From Spirochaetota bacterium (lineage in GTDB: Bacteria > Spirochaetota > UBA4802 > UBA5550): a DNA stretch of 64,000 nucleotides. Below are positions 48,514-58,994 of the stretch, piece after piece. The notes under the pieces are model-generated. The model saw nothing but the letters and a program-made list of their open reading frames with translations. It was not told the DNA's origin and did no database searches. Made by a program: the position numbers and the translations under genes. Numbering within the stretch: the stretch's first letter is position 1; each line of letters starts with the position of its first letter. Where the stretch lies: the NCBI GenBank assembly GCA_016928865.1, contig JAFGJX010000030.1, positions 62,835 through 126,834 on the forward strand. Direction: 5' to 3'.

Positions 48514-48589
48514 GGGGACCGGAAAGGCGCATGGCCTCACCGGATCCCGTATGTTTTATTTCCAGCATGCTGCTGTTAGGAGGTGCCGC

Positions 48590-49147
48590 ATGAATAAAAT
48601 AATTCTTGTGTCTTCCGGTATGCTTCTTTTTATGATTGCCACGGTCAACTGCGCGAAAGAGGGCAATTCGAACAATCCAGGAGGTGCGGCTATGGGAGCT
48701 ATTACGGTAACGAGCACTGCGTTCGGGGAAGGGGAGATGATTCCGAAAAAGTACACCTGCGATGATAAAGACGTGTCGCCGCAGCTGGCGTGGACAAACA
48801 TTCCCGCGGGGGCGAAGAGCATCGCCCTGATCTGCGATGATCCTGACGCGCCGGTCGGCACGTGGGTCCACTGGGTGGTGTTCAATATCCCGGCCTCGGT
48901 CACGGGGCTTCCGGAGGGAGTGAAGGCGCTCCCGGGTGGCGCGCTCCAGGGGATCAATGATTTCAGGAAGCTCGACTACGGCGGTCCCTGCCCGCCGGGC
49001 GGAACGCACCGCTACTTTTTCAAGGTGTATGCTCTGGATACGATGCTCATGCTGAAGGAGCGCGCCTCCAAGGCGGAGCTTCTCAAGGCGATGGAGGGGC
49101 ATATCCTCGGCCAGGGCCAGCTCATGGGCAGGTACAGGCGGGGCTGA
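48590..49147 (+). CDS. YbhB/YbcL-family phosphatidylethanolamine-binding (Raf kinase inhibitor-like) protein, secreted
   Basis: ICDDPDAP...WVHWVVFNIP...GINDFRKLDYGGPCPPGGTHRYFFKVYALD is the PEBP signature. Signal peptide from ATG 48590. Confidence 0.8.
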   Translation: MNKIILVSSGMLLFMIATVNCAKEGNSNNPGGAAMGAITVTSTAFGEGEMIPKKYTCDDKDVSPQLAWTNIPAGAKSIALICDDPDAPVGTWVHWVVFNIPASVTGLPEGVKALPGGALQGINDFRKLDYGGPCPPGGTHRYFFKVYALDTMLMLKERASKAELLKAMEGHILGQGQLMGRYRRG

Positions 49148-49348
49148 TGCATTCAGCGCCTATCCTAACAGGTTTATCACGCGTTGGGAAAAAGCCTCGC
49201 GGCCTGCGGAACTCGGACAAAATCGCTGAAAACTCAGACAGTCCTCGGCCGCTCAGCTCTTTTTTCCAACGCTTCATAGCCGATTATAGTCGTAGTAGGA
49301 TCGACGGTCGGGAGGCCGCCGTTACCCGGCCGCTAAACAGAACGACCC

Positions 49349-50395
49349 TTACTCCATAACCGGCTGGTAATAATCGTTAATATTGATATATCGGTCTACC
49401 GCGCTTTCGATCATTTTATCGCGAACCGTCACCTCGAGGACCATGCCCCGGTGCGTTGTCTCGTCGCTCTGGTCAAAGATAAAGTTGCCGAGTGAGTACG
49501 CGATGTGCCCTCCGCCATAAGACGCGAGCGGCTGCACCACGTGCGGATGGTGGCCGACAACGAGGGTTGCGCCCTGGTCGACCAGGTGCTCGGCCACCTC
49601 TATCTGCTCCTCGTTCTGAACGGTTTCGTATTCTTCGCCGAAGTGGACTGAGACAACGACTATATCCGCCATGCTCCTGGCGCGCTGGATGGCGGGATCG
49701 GCGTATTCAGGGTAGTACCACGCCACACCCGCCCTGTCGGGATCGTCCTCATCGACCGCCATTACCGATTCCGATATGTTCCCGGTGAGGGTAAAGGCAA
49801 GGTACGCTATCTTTGTCCCCTTCACGTCGAATACTTTCGGGGCATAGGCTTCCTCAAAGACGCCGCCGCCGATATAGGTTATCCCGGCCGCGGTCAGGCG
49901 CTCAAGGCAGTCCTTGAAAGCGGTCCGCGTATAGTCAAAGGCGTGGTTGTTCGCTACGGAAACCACGTCGATGCCCGCGCAGGTAAGGCCGTCAACTGAG
50001 GCGGGGTCAGCCTCGAACGCGATCTCGAAATACACCTGCGCGTATCCGGCGTCGCTTATCACGCTCTCCAGGTTGGTAAAGGCAATATCCGCCCCGCTCA
50101 GGTAATCCGCCGTATATTCAAACAGGAACCGGTAATCCCCGTCCGCGTTGTTATCGACCGACTTCTTGACTTTTCGATCCATCATGGTATCGCCGGCAAA
50201 CACCAGCCTGATGGCATCAGTTTCACCGCCCCCCGTGTTGCCGTCGTCGCCGGTATCGCCGCTGGAAGTGTCGTCGTCGGATCCAGGCCCGGGAATTATG
50301 ATCTCTCCGCCGCTTCCGGGAGTATCGCATGCAGGCACGCATAAACAGAGGCCGAGCAGGAACGCAAAGAAGACCGATATACGGAATGTTTTCAT
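49349..50395 (-). CDS. CapA/PgsA-family (poly-gamma-glutamate synthesis/metallophosphatase) lipoprotein
   Basis: LVFAGDTMMDR and VVSVHFGEEYE...VVGHHPHVVQP motifs. Lipoprotein start MKTFRISVFFAFLLGLCLCVPAC (ATG 50395). Confidence 0.75.
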   Translation of the reverse strand: MKTFRISVFFAFLLGLCLCVPACDTPGSGGEIIIPGPGSDDDTSSGDTGDDGNTGGGETDAIRLVFAGDTMMDRKVKKSVDNNADGDYRFLFEYTADYLSGADIAFTNLESVISDAGYAQVYFEIAFEADPASVDGLTCAGIDVVSVANNHAFDYTRTAFKDCLERLTAAGITYIGGGVFEEAYAPKVFDVKGTKIAYLAFTLTGNISESVMAVDEDDPDRAGVAWYYPEYADPAIQRARSMADIVVVSVHFGEEYETVQNEEQIEVAEHLVDQGATLVVGHHPHVVQPLASYGGGHIAYSLGNFIFDQSDETTHRGMVLEVTVRDKMIESAVDRYININDYYQPVME

Positions 50396-50896
50396 ACGCC
50401 ACCCTCCGATATATTTTTTTTCAATATTAGTATTATTGATCTCTCCGTCAAAGGTAAAAAATCCATCAGACAGGTTAATTACTGACATCAGATATTGGGG
50501 TTTAATTTTTACCGATGGCGTGCTGTTTTATGAGGGTTCTTTTACGGTATGGGGAAACAGTGGGGGAACTGTGGAAAGGTATTGCAAAAGTCAGGGAGTG
50601 TGGCAAATAATCAGCGCACTGTGGTTAATGGGACATAACAAGTATTCCGGCGTCGTATCGGCATCGGTTCTTCCTCATCACGAACCCTGACCGGAGAAGG
50701 GGAAAATTATTTATTCGGATATTCGGTGTCTATGGGCAATATTGAAAGTGATGATTGGTGGGCTATTGCTGATTGATTTATCCCGGGGATAGCTCAATTG
50801 ATGTTCGTCAACCGGGGCCCCTCCTTTTCCAGCGGGAGGGGCCCTCAGTCCGCTGCGCGGCACTGCCGTTGACGATCAGCCGGGTGCGCCAACGCA

Positions 50897-51643
50897 TCAC
50901 CGCGGCATCAGCGCGAACACGCCCCAGCCCAGGTATTCACGCGTGTAAGCGGCGTAGCGCTCGGGTTCCGTGGTCAGTTGAGCGCGAACATCTTTGGCGA
51001 GCTCGTCGCCGGGATTGGCTTCAAGCCACCGGCGCATGGTGAGCCATTTGGCAGCCTCGTATCTGTCCCAACTGTCTTGATCAGCCAGGACCATTTCAAC
51101 GACGTCGCAGCCAAGGCGGCCAAAAGACGCGAGAAGTTCCGGAAGCATGAGAAAGTCGGAGATCGAGTTGGCAAGACACCCCCTGGCGACATCTTCGGTC
51201 GGCGGCAACTGCCGCCAGTAGGGTTCGCCGATGAGTATGATACCTCCGGTGCGCAGACTCCGCGCCAGAAGTTCGATAGTGCCGGCGACTCCCCCGGCAA
51301 TCCAGGTTGCACCGACACAGGCTGCCACACGGACCTTCTCGTCAGAGACATAGCCGGCGGCATCGCCATGGATGAAAATGACTTGATCGGCGACGCCGAG
51401 CTCTTCGGCACGGAGTTTCGCTTGCTCGGTGAACAACTGGCTTGCGTCGATGCCGGTGCCGATGACGCCGTGATCGCGCGCCCAGGTGCACAGCATCTCC
51501 CCCGAACCGCTGCCGAGGTCGAGCACTCGGGCCCCCGATTCCAGACGCAGCGCCGCGCCGAGTATGGCAAGCTTTTCGGGTGTGATCGGGTTGTGGATGC
51601 GGTGAGCACTTTCAGTGATGCTGAATATTCGCGGGATGCCCAT
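50897..51643 (-). CDS. Class I SAM-dependent methyltransferase
   Basis: Motif I VLDLGSGSGE and post-I GGIILIGEPY. Confidence 0.75.
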   Translation of the reverse strand: MGIPRIFSITESAHRIHNPITPEKLAILGAALRLESGARVLDLGSGSGEMLCTWARDHGVIGTGIDASQLFTEQAKLRAEELGVADQVIFIHGDAAGYVSDEKVRVAACVGATWIAGGVAGTIELLARSLRTGGIILIGEPYWRQLPPTEDVARGCLANSISDFLMLPELLASFGRLGCDVVEMVLADQDSWDRYEAAKWLTMRRWLEANPGDELAKDVRAQLTTEPERYAAYTREYLGWGVFALMPR

Positions 51644-51818
51644 TGTAAAATCTCCTTGCGGGTGTGAATAGATTCGACTTGAACTTTCTATGAATTTAAC
51701 CCCCTCATAGGTACCGCCCCGGGGGACACAATGTTCTTTATCTGAAGCCGCCCCCTCTCAAATTAAGCCCCTTACAGCAGAAAAAGCGATGGGCAAAAGC
51801 TTAAAATTTCTTCTCTCG

Positions 51819-52865
51819 TTAAAAGAAATACTTGGCAAGCCCCAATATTCCCTGACTCCACGGCACGCGGTGCGTTTTGTCCCGGGATGCATGAAACTGG
51901 TCCCGATGTTCGATGTACCATTTATAATTACGGATCAGGGCCTCCTTGTTGGAAAAACGGGGAGAGAACCCTATCAATTTTTCAGCTTTGTCAATGGCAA
52001 CGAAGGAATCCTTGGTCGCGGTTTTGTACACCCATGGATAGAGTGGGGACAGCTTGAAGAATTCCAGTATTTCCAGGGCCAGGATCACCAGGTTTGCCGG
52101 GGAGCTGCGAATTTTCCGATTGAACCCGGCATGATCCAGTACGGCTTGATAATCCTCCCGCATGGTGGAGAAAATTTTCGCGCCGATATTGAACTCGGTG
52201 TTTACCGTGTGGCCGTCCTGGTGCTGCGCTGCCAGGTAAATCGCTTCGCATAAATCCCCGACGTCAAGGAGTTGATAAAGATTCGTTCCCCGCCCGATCA
52301 TCGGAAAGGAGCGCCCCTCGCTGGCCCATTCATAGAATATGGCGAACACCCCCAGGCGCTCCGGTCCCACGAAGGATTTTGGACGGATGGTTGTGATCAA
52401 CATGCCCTTCTCGCGGAAGTGCTTCACGATGCCTTCACCTTCGATTTTACTCACTCCATAAGGACCGACGCCAATCAGGGGATCGTCCTCATAGAGGGGA
52501 TGTTTTTCGGGAATGCCGTACACCGCCGTGGAAGAAATGTAAATTCCGCGCTTTACCCGGTGGGCCTGGGCCGAAGCAAAGACGTTCCGCGTGCCGTCAA
52601 TATTCGTGGAGAGAATGTCCTTTTTCTTGTACAGGGGCAGGGCTGCGGCGCCATGCATCACCACGTCAATTCCCCGGGCCATGCAGGCGTCTACCGTGGC
52701 GCGGTTACGGACATCTCCCTGAACGCTATCAATCTTTCCCTGCATGTCGCTGTAGGTAAAAGGTTCAATGTCCAATGAAACGACCTGATGTCCCCTTTGA
52801 ACAAGGTAGCGAATGAGATTGATTCCCAGGAAACCCGAACCGCCCGTAACAAGCCAGCGTGACAT
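51819..52865 (-). CDS. NAD-dependent epimerase/dehydratase family protein
   Basis: Start MSRWLVTGGSGFLGINLIRYL (GxxGxxG), catalytic YGVSK. The ORF-track upstream extension to 53498 is rejected. SD AAAGGAG upstream of ATG 52865. Confidence 0.8.
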   Translation of the reverse strand: MSRWLVTGGSGFLGINLIRYLVQRGHQVVSLDIEPFTYSDMQGKIDSVQGDVRNRATVDACMARGIDVVMHGAAALPLYKKKDILSTNIDGTRNVFASAQAHRVKRGIYISSTAVYGIPEKHPLYEDDPLIGVGPYGVSKIEGEGIVKHFREKGMLITTIRPKSFVGPERLGVFAIFYEWASEGRSFPMIGRGTNLYQLLDVGDLCEAIYLAAQHQDGHTVNTEFNIGAKIFSTMREDYQAVLDHAGFNRKIRSSPANLVILALEILEFFKLSPLYPWVYKTATKDSFVAIDKAEKLIGFSPRFSNKEALIRNYKWYIEHRDQFHASRDKTHRVPWSQGILGLAKYFF

Positions 52866-53166
52866 AGTGCGTGAACTCCTTTTGTTTCTTTCAGGCAGGG
52901 CACGTACGGTCCCACCCGCAGCGCCCGGCCCGACCGGGCATGCCCTGTATGAACAATGTAGTGGATGGTCGCATGTCAATTGCAAGAAAAAAACTGAATG
53001 ATGGGTGCCGTAATTTTCCCGCGCCGCGTTGCAACAGCCTCGCGAGGCGTGTAGAATCCGAGCGTTTCGCCGGTCAATGATCCTGACAACCAGATTGAGT
53101 GTTACGGCGAAGGAAAGGAGTTGGGGATAGCAATCTGTTCCGTCCGGCGCTGCCTGGATGGAGCCG

Positions 53167-54723
53167 CTAGTCCTGCGGCCGCATCGTGGGAAAGAGGAGT
53201 ACGTCGCGAATTGATGTCTCTCCGGTGAGGAGCATGACGACCCGGTCGATGCCGATGCCGAGGCCGCCGGTGGGCGGCATGCCGGTCTCGATCGCCTGCA
53301 CGAAGTTTTCGTCCATGGGCGGCGCTTCTTCGTCGACCGCGCGCCGGAGCGACTGTTCGTACAGGGTCTTCCGCTGGAATACGGGGTCGTTCGATTCGCT
53401 GTACGCGTTGGCGATCTCCGTCCCGTTGATGAAAAGCTCGAAGCGCTGCAGAAAGCGTTCGTCGTCGTAGTCAGGCTTGCAGAGCGGCGTGGTCTCAACC
53501 GGGTGGTGCGTTATAAACACGGGCTGGATGAGCCTGTCTTCCACCAGTACCTTGAAGAGCTCGTCGATGGCCAGACCGCGGACAAAATCACCCTTCAGAT
53601 GCGCGTCCCGTTTTTCCAGCTCCGCCCTGAGCTCGTCATCGCTCATGACCATGACGTCGAGGCCGGTGTATTCCTTGAGCGCATCCGTCACCCTGAGCCG
53701 TTTCCACGGCGTCTTCAGCTCGATCTCTTTTCCCTCGTAGGATATGGCCGTGCTTCCGTTGACAGCAAGGGCGGTCTGCTCGATGAGCTCCTCGGTAATC
53801 GCCATCATGTCGTTGAAGTCGGCATAGGCCTGGTAAAGCTCGAGCATGGTGAATTCCGGATTGTGGGTGCGGTCGATCCCCTCGTTGCGGAAGCACTTGC
53901 CGATCTCGTACACGCGGTCGAACCCGCCAACGATGAGCCGCTTGAGATAGGGCTCCAGCGAGATGCGCAGGTAGAGGGTCATGTCCAGGGCGTTGTGCCA
54001 CGAGGTGAACGGTGAAGCGGCGGCGCCGCCGTAGACCGGCTGGAGCACCGGGGTTTCCACTTCGTTGAAGTTCTTGGCGTCGAGTATCTTCTTGAAGTTC
54101 CTGATGATCGCAATGCGCTTCAGGAAGGTTTCTTTCACGCCCGGGGTGACGATCAGGTCCACGTGGCGGTTCCGGTAACGGAGCTCCTTGTCAGCGAAGG
54201 CGTCGAACACTTCGCCGTCCTTTTCCTTTACAACAGGCAGAGGGCGTATGTTTTTGGCGAGCAGGGTGAGCGAGGTTATAAAGACCGTTATTTCGCCCGT
54301 TCTGGTTTTTTTTACCGGGCCTTTCACGCCGATGATATCGCCGATGTCGAGCTTTTTAAAGAGACGGTAACTCTCTTCGCCGATGGTGTTCAACGCGACG
54401 TAGAGTTGTATCCTGCCGTCGCGGTCCTGGATGGTGCAGAAGCTGGCCTTTCCCATCTCGCGGATGGTCATGATTCGCCCCGCAATGCTGACCGTCCTCT
54501 CCGGGACACGGGTCTCGTCGAAGCCGGCGATGATTTCCGCTGAGTAATCGCATACGTCGTAGGTATACGGATAGGGATTTATTCCGAGATCCTCGCGGAT
54601 TTCTTTGAGTTTTTCCTTGCGTATCCTGATAAGCGCGCTTTCTTCTTCCATCTGGCCGTCCAGTAAAATTATGTGTCCGGGGTGGATCCCGGTGTTCGTC
54701 CATGTCCGCTGAAAAATCATCAT
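53167..54723 (-). CDS. lysS: Lysine--tRNA ligase (class II)
   Basis: N-terminal OB anticodon-binding domain. Class II motifs include HNPEFTMLELYQAY and GGLGIGIDRVVML. The true start may be the internal MEEESALIRIRKEKL (54648). Confidence 0.9.
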   Translation of the reverse strand: MMIFQRTWTNTGIHPGHIILLDGQMEEESALIRIRKEKLKEIREDLGINPYPYTYDVCDYSAEIIAGFDETRVPERTVSIAGRIMTIREMGKASFCTIQDRDGRIQLYVALNTIGEESYRLFKKLDIGDIIGVKGPVKKTRTGEITVFITSLTLLAKNIRPLPVVKEKDGEVFDAFADKELRYRNRHVDLIVTPGVKETFLKRIAIIRNFKKILDAKNFNEVETPVLQPVYGGAAASPFTSWHNALDMTLYLRISLEPYLKRLIVGGFDRVYEIGKCFRNEGIDRTHNPEFTMLELYQAYADFNDMMAITEELIEQTALAVNGSTAISYEGKEIELKTPWKRLRVTDALKEYTGLDVMVMSDDELRAELEKRDAHLKGDFVRGLAIDELFKVLVEDRLIQPVFITHHPVETTPLCKPDYDDERFLQRFELFINGTEIANAYSESNDPVFQRKTLYEQSLRRAVDEEAPPMDENFVQAIETGMPPTGGLGIGIDRVVMLLTGETSIRDVLLFPTMRPQD

Positions 54724-54997
54724 TGCTATCGATGTCGGTGTGTCAAATTATTTTTTCTGCGCAATAGGTATACTATTATGTGATATTGTCGGTTTTTTTA
54801 AGGGAGCACAGTGAAAATTGATTAAAAAATGCGTAATATCGCGGGTTTTTTTTTAAAAGAAATTGTTATAATTAATTTGAAATTAACTCGTTTTTTTTAT
54901 TTACTAAATCGTATGATTTCCATTTTGTTGCTTTGATTTACGCGATCACCCGGCATATTGTTCGATGAATATAATGGGCCGCATGGAGGAGTAGAGA

Positions 54998-55987
54998 ATG
55001 ATTAGGTTCGCGGGTGGTATCGGCAAGGCAATGTTCGTTGTCGTGTTGTGCGTTGTCGGTTCTTCGGAAAGTTACGGCAGGTTGTATAAAATCGCTTCGA
55101 TTAATGGCAATGGCGAGCAGGCAGGCCCGCAGGCAGAATCGCAGCAGGAGCCTGAAATCGTCAAAGAGTTTTATCCTTCCGGAAAGGTGAAGGCCGAAAC
55201 ACCCTTCCTGAACGGAAGGATACACGGGGTAAAAAAAATATTTTTTGAAAACGGCGTTCTCCAGAAAGAAGAGGAGTACCGCGACGGCATGCGGGAAGGG
55301 ATTTCGCGCGAGTATTACGAAGACGGCGTGCTGAAAAGCTACGAGACGTTCAAAGACGACCGGCTGAACGGCGAGTCGTACATGAATTACCCCGGAGGGC
55401 AGAGGATAATGTCCGGGCAATGTGCGGATGGCAAGAAGAGCGGTAAATGGACGCTCTTCCATAATAACGGCAATAAATACATGGAAGGAAATTATGAGAA
55501 CGGAGTGATGGAGGGGCAGTGGCGCTCCTTCTCTCCGGAAGGATGGCTTGATTCCGAAGGCGAGTATAAGAACGGTTTGCAGTCCGGGCTGTGGATCTAT
55601 TACGACAAGTCCAGGAGAATCGCCAAAAAGCTGACCCTGAAGGACGGTATGATTGACGGGATGTGCTGGATATACAAGGAGGGAAAGCTGGTCGGCGAAG
55701 GAACCATGACCGGGCAGTCCCATAATCCCGTCCGCCATGGGAACTGGAAGACCTACTTCATTAAAAACGGCCGCCTGAAGTACGAGGGTGTTTTCGTGAT
55801 GGGGAAAAAGAACGGACAGTTCAGGGAGTATTATCCAACATCAAACATCAAGGCGTTCGGAGAATACAATAACGACAAGCGGAACGGCAACTGGGTTTTC
55901 TATGACGAAGACGGAAAAACGATAAATGAGGCCAAGTCCGGTCTGTATACCATGGGCAAGCTTTTCAAGAAAACGCCTTTGCCCTGA
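54998..55987 (+). CDS. Secreted MORN-repeat protein (YwqK-family-like)
   Basis: Signal peptide. About 10 tandem MORN-variant repeats (YYEDGVLKSYETFKDDRLNGESYMNY; GKWTLFHNNGNKYMEGNYENGVMEGQW...). Confidence 0.7.
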   Translation: MIRFAGGIGKAMFVVVLCVVGSSESYGRLYKIASINGNGEQAGPQAESQQEPEIVKEFYPSGKVKAETPFLNGRIHGVKKIFFENGVLQKEEEYRDGMREGISREYYEDGVLKSYETFKDDRLNGESYMNYPGGQRIMSGQCADGKKSGKWTLFHNNGNKYMEGNYENGVMEGQWRSFSPEGWLDSEGEYKNGLQSGLWIYYDKSRRIAKKLTLKDGMIDGMCWIYKEGKLVGEGTMTGQSHNPVRHGNWKTYFIKNGRLKYEGVFVMGKKNGQFREYYPTSNIKAFGEYNNDKRNGNWVFYDEDGKTINEAKSGLYTMGKLFKKTPLP

Positions 55988-56168
55988 TCGATACCCCGCC
56001 TGGATCCCGCCTTTCCGATTTCATATAATTGAACATGCAGCCGATATCAATTCTGAAGGACCGGGCGGATTATATCCGGGTTTAATTCAGGCGCAATAAT
56101 GCTGTAACCACCTTGCCCGGTTTTTTCCAGATAGAGCTGATACATCGCACGATTGGATTCGGGTTACT

Positions 56169-57434
56169 ATGACACAGGCCATGGCGGATTTTGTGGGGAT
56201 GGGAGCATCCCACTGGGTGATTTTTTTTGCGGTATACTCGTTTATCGGCTGGATAATCGAGGTCATATATCGCTCCTCGATACAGCGAAGATTTATCAAC
56301 GCCGGGTTTCTCTATGGGATGTTTATCCCGATATACGGGTTTGGCGCGCTTTTTGTTCTCGTTGTGTATTCTTTTATTCGCGACTTTCCGGATCTGCTGG
56401 AGTTGCTGGTGTACGGCGTCGTCTTGACCGCGGTGGAATACGCGGTCGGCTTCCTGTTTGAAAAGATATTTAAGCTGAAACTGTGGGATTATTCAAACAA
56501 CAGGTTCAACCTTCACGGAAGGATCTGTCTTCTGTTTTCACTCTTCTGGACGGCGCTGGCTTTAGTGTTCGTCACGTTTATTCATCCGGTGGTGGCGCGC
56601 TATCTGCTCGTGGTTGATGAACGGCACCTGACAGTCGCCGCCTTCATGTTTCTTGCCTATATGGGGATCGATGTTGTTTTTTCTGTCAGCTCCATTACGG
56701 CCTTCAGAAACAGGATAGCGTATCTCTATGACGAGTATTTCAACCTGAGCAATGTTGAGATAGAGAAGATCCTCAATTCATTCCAGCGCCTCAGAAGCGC
56801 CTTTCCCAATCTCAACAGGTATATCGACAGTAAAATCAATATCGAAATAAAAAACAGGGTGAATAGCATGGTGAAGTCGGTCCAGGAAAAGATCTTCCAG
56901 GACCTGGAGGGCCGGAGACCGTTTGAGAAAGAATTCTATGATATCGTGCGTGACATCTGCGAACATGAAGAATTTCTGAGGCTCAAGGGGTTCTTTCATC
57001 ACAATTCATCGATCTATGACCACGTACGGGACGTCGCGTATTTTTCCTATCAGGCGTGCAAGCTGCTGAAGCTGGATTATCGCTCTGCGGCGCGCGGCGC
57101 CATGCTGCATGATTTTTTTCTGTATGACTGGCGGAACCATGACGAACCTGAACTCGCGCGGGACAAATTCCACGGATTCGAGCATCCCCGGATCGCGCTT
57201 GAAAACGCGGCGAAATATTTCAAACTGAATGATATCGAGCGTGACATCATTGTCAAGCATATGTGGCCGCTCACCCTGGTGCCGCCGAAGTACAAGGAGT
57301 CCTTCATCGTTACTTTCGCGGACAAATACCTTTCATCGAAGGAATTCCTGGACGAGTTCGCGCGATCGCGGGCGAGGAAACGCAACGGCAGGCCACGAAT
57401 GAAAGCCCGTACCGCTGCGGAAGAGAAGGAATAG
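56169..57434 (+). CDS. Membrane-anchored HD-domain phosphohydrolase
   Basis: N-terminal roughly 150 aa with 4-5 TM helices. C-terminal HD motif (AMLHDFFLYDW...HGFEHP). Confidence 0.55.
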   Translation: MTQAMADFVGMGASHWVIFFAVYSFIGWIIEVIYRSSIQRRFINAGFLYGMFIPIYGFGALFVLVVYSFIRDFPDLLELLVYGVVLTAVEYAVGFLFEKIFKLKLWDYSNNRFNLHGRICLLFSLFWTALALVFVTFIHPVVARYLLVVDERHLTVAAFMFLAYMGIDVVFSVSSITAFRNRIAYLYDEYFNLSNVEIEKILNSFQRLRSAFPNLNRYIDSKINIEIKNRVNSMVKSVQEKIFQDLEGRRPFEKEFYDIVRDICEHEEFLRLKGFFHHNSSIYDHVRDVAYFSYQACKLLKLDYRSAARGAMLHDFFLYDWRNHDEPELARDKFHGFEHPRIALENAAKYFKLNDIERDIIVKHMWPLTLVPPKYKESFIVTFADKYLSSKEFLDEFARSRARKRNGRPRMKARTAAEEKE

Positions 57435-57594
57435 ATTTTATGCTGTCGAGTAGTCCGATGAACCCTCATCCCGTGGAATGACGGCTCAACGCGGTTGATA
57501 AAAATAGTGTTATAAATAGTTTTTTCTTGATTTCATCACGCCTTTTCCATTAGCATTCCTCACAGTCATATATACATGTTCGAGAGGAGTTTCA

Positions 57595-58098
57595 ATGCCA
57601 ACGGCCGATGAATTGATAGCACTGCTGCGTCTTGAGCCGCATAAGATCGAGGGAGGATATTTTCGCGAAACATACCGCTCCGGAGATCGGATATACGGAG
57701 GAAGCCTCCCGGACCGCTATGCCGGTCCTCGCTCGATGTCGACGGCGATATACTATCTCCTTGCGTCCGGGACCTTTTCGGAGATGCACCGGCTTTGTTC
57801 TGACGAGATTTTTCATTTTTATCTCGGCGACCCTGTCGAGATGCTTGAGCTGTTTCCCGACGGATCGGGAAGACGTACCGTGCTCGGCAGCGATATAGCG
57901 GGAGGAGAACGTCCCCAGCACGCAGTCCCTGCCGGCGTCTGGCAGGGAACGAGGCTTATCGAGGGCGGCTCCTTCGCCCTCATGGGAACAACGGTGTCCC
58001 CGGGGTTCTCGTACGAAGATTACACCTCGGGGGCGCGGGAGGATCTGATCAGCGCCTATCCCGGGTTTGCTGACTTGATCCTGAAGCTGACGCGGTGA
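57595..58098 (+). CDS. Cupin-5 (DUF985) family protein
   Basis: ELIALLRLEPHKIEGGYFRETYRS is the hallmark DUF985 N-terminus. Confidence 0.7.
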   Translation: MPTADELIALLRLEPHKIEGGYFRETYRSGDRIYGGSLPDRYAGPRSMSTAIYYLLASGTFSEMHRLCSDEIFHFYLGDPVEMLELFPDGSGRRTVLGSDIAGGERPQHAVPAGVWQGTRLIEGGSFALMGTTVSPGFSYEDYTSGAREDLISAYPGFADLILKLTR

Positions 58099-58940
58099 CT
58101 TTCGGATCGGACCATGATGGAGGGATGTCGATGAGATCATTCTCGTTTGCGGACCGGTATGGGCCCTGGGCGCTTGTCACCGGCGGTGCGTCGGGCATAG
58201 GCAGGGAATTCGCGCGCCAGATTGCCGCGCGTGGCGTGAACCTGGCGCTTGCCGATATTCAGGAGAAGTTGCTGCCTGACGCAGCGGCTGAGCTTGAGGC
58301 GCGTTTCACGGTGAAAGCCCGCATCATTACGGTCGATCTATCTACGCCGGACTTCATGGCACGAATACGTCCTGTCATTGCGGACATATCCATCGGCCTG
58401 CTGGTCAATAACGCGGGATACGGGTCCGCGGGCGGGTTCATGAAGACAGATGTGGGTGAAATGCTCGATGCCATTGCGGTGAACTGCAGGGCGCCGATGG
58501 CGCTGGCGCGCGAGCTGGGCCCGGCAATGATCGAGCGGGGAAGGGGAGGCATGATTTTCCTTTCATCGAGCTCGGCGCTGCAGGGCACGCCCATTGTCGC
58601 CAATTACGCAGGGACAAAAGCGTATAACCTGGTGCTTGCCGAGGCGCTCTGGGACGAACTCCGCGGCAGCGGCGTCGATGTTCTTGCCCTGTGCCCGGGC
58701 GCGACCAACACGCCCGCGATTGTGAAGTCGGGCGCGCGCCTTGACAATGTGCCGGGGATGCCGTTTATGGAGCCGGGTCCGGTCGTAGCAGAAGCGTTTG
58801 CGGCGCTGGGCAGGCGGCCGTGCATCGTGCCCGGTCGCATGAACCGTATCGCCGCCTTTGTAATGACCCGGCTCATGACGCGCGCCGCTGCCGTGACCCT
58901 GATGGGGAAAAATACCAGAAGACTGTATCCGGAAGCATGA
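58095..58940 (+). CDS. Short-chain dehydrogenase/reductase (SDR) family oxidoreductase
   Basis: ALVTGGASGIGREFARQIAARG (TGxxxGxG), NNAG, catalytic YAGTKAY. Confidence 0.8.
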   Translation: MTFGSDHDGGMSMRSFSFADRYGPWALVTGGASGIGREFARQIAARGVNLALADIQEKLLPDAAAELEARFTVKARIITVDLSTPDFMARIRPVIADISIGLLVNNAGYGSAGGFMKTDVGEMLDAIAVNCRAPMALARELGPAMIERGRGGMIFLSSSSALQGTPIVANYAGTKAYNLVLAEALWDELRGSGVDVLALCPGATNTPAIVKSGARLDNVPGMPFMEPGPVVAEAFAALGRRPCIVPGRMNRIAAFVMTRLMTRAAAVTLMGKNTRRLYPEA

Positions 58941-58994
58941 TGGCGGGAGCATATCACCGCAATGTTGTCCGGTTAGGAGTATTTCAGGACTGAT

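Noticed and set aside
49148..49348. Possible tRNA or small RNA in the 200-bp spacer after the PEBP gene
   Set aside because: No GTTCRANYC T-loop or cloverleaf-compatible stems were found. Only a weak hairpin plus T-tract (about 49236-49263) that is more likely a terminator.
50148..50690. 180-aa + strand ORF
   Set aside because: It overlaps the N-terminal coding region of the CapA-family gene on the opposite strand and extends into the gene-free spacer. No RBS.
52866..53498. Upstream 211-aa extension of the epimerase ORF
   Set aside because: The Rossmann motif MSRWLVTGGSGFLG with a good SD marks the true start at 52865. The extension is low-complexity R/S/P-rich.
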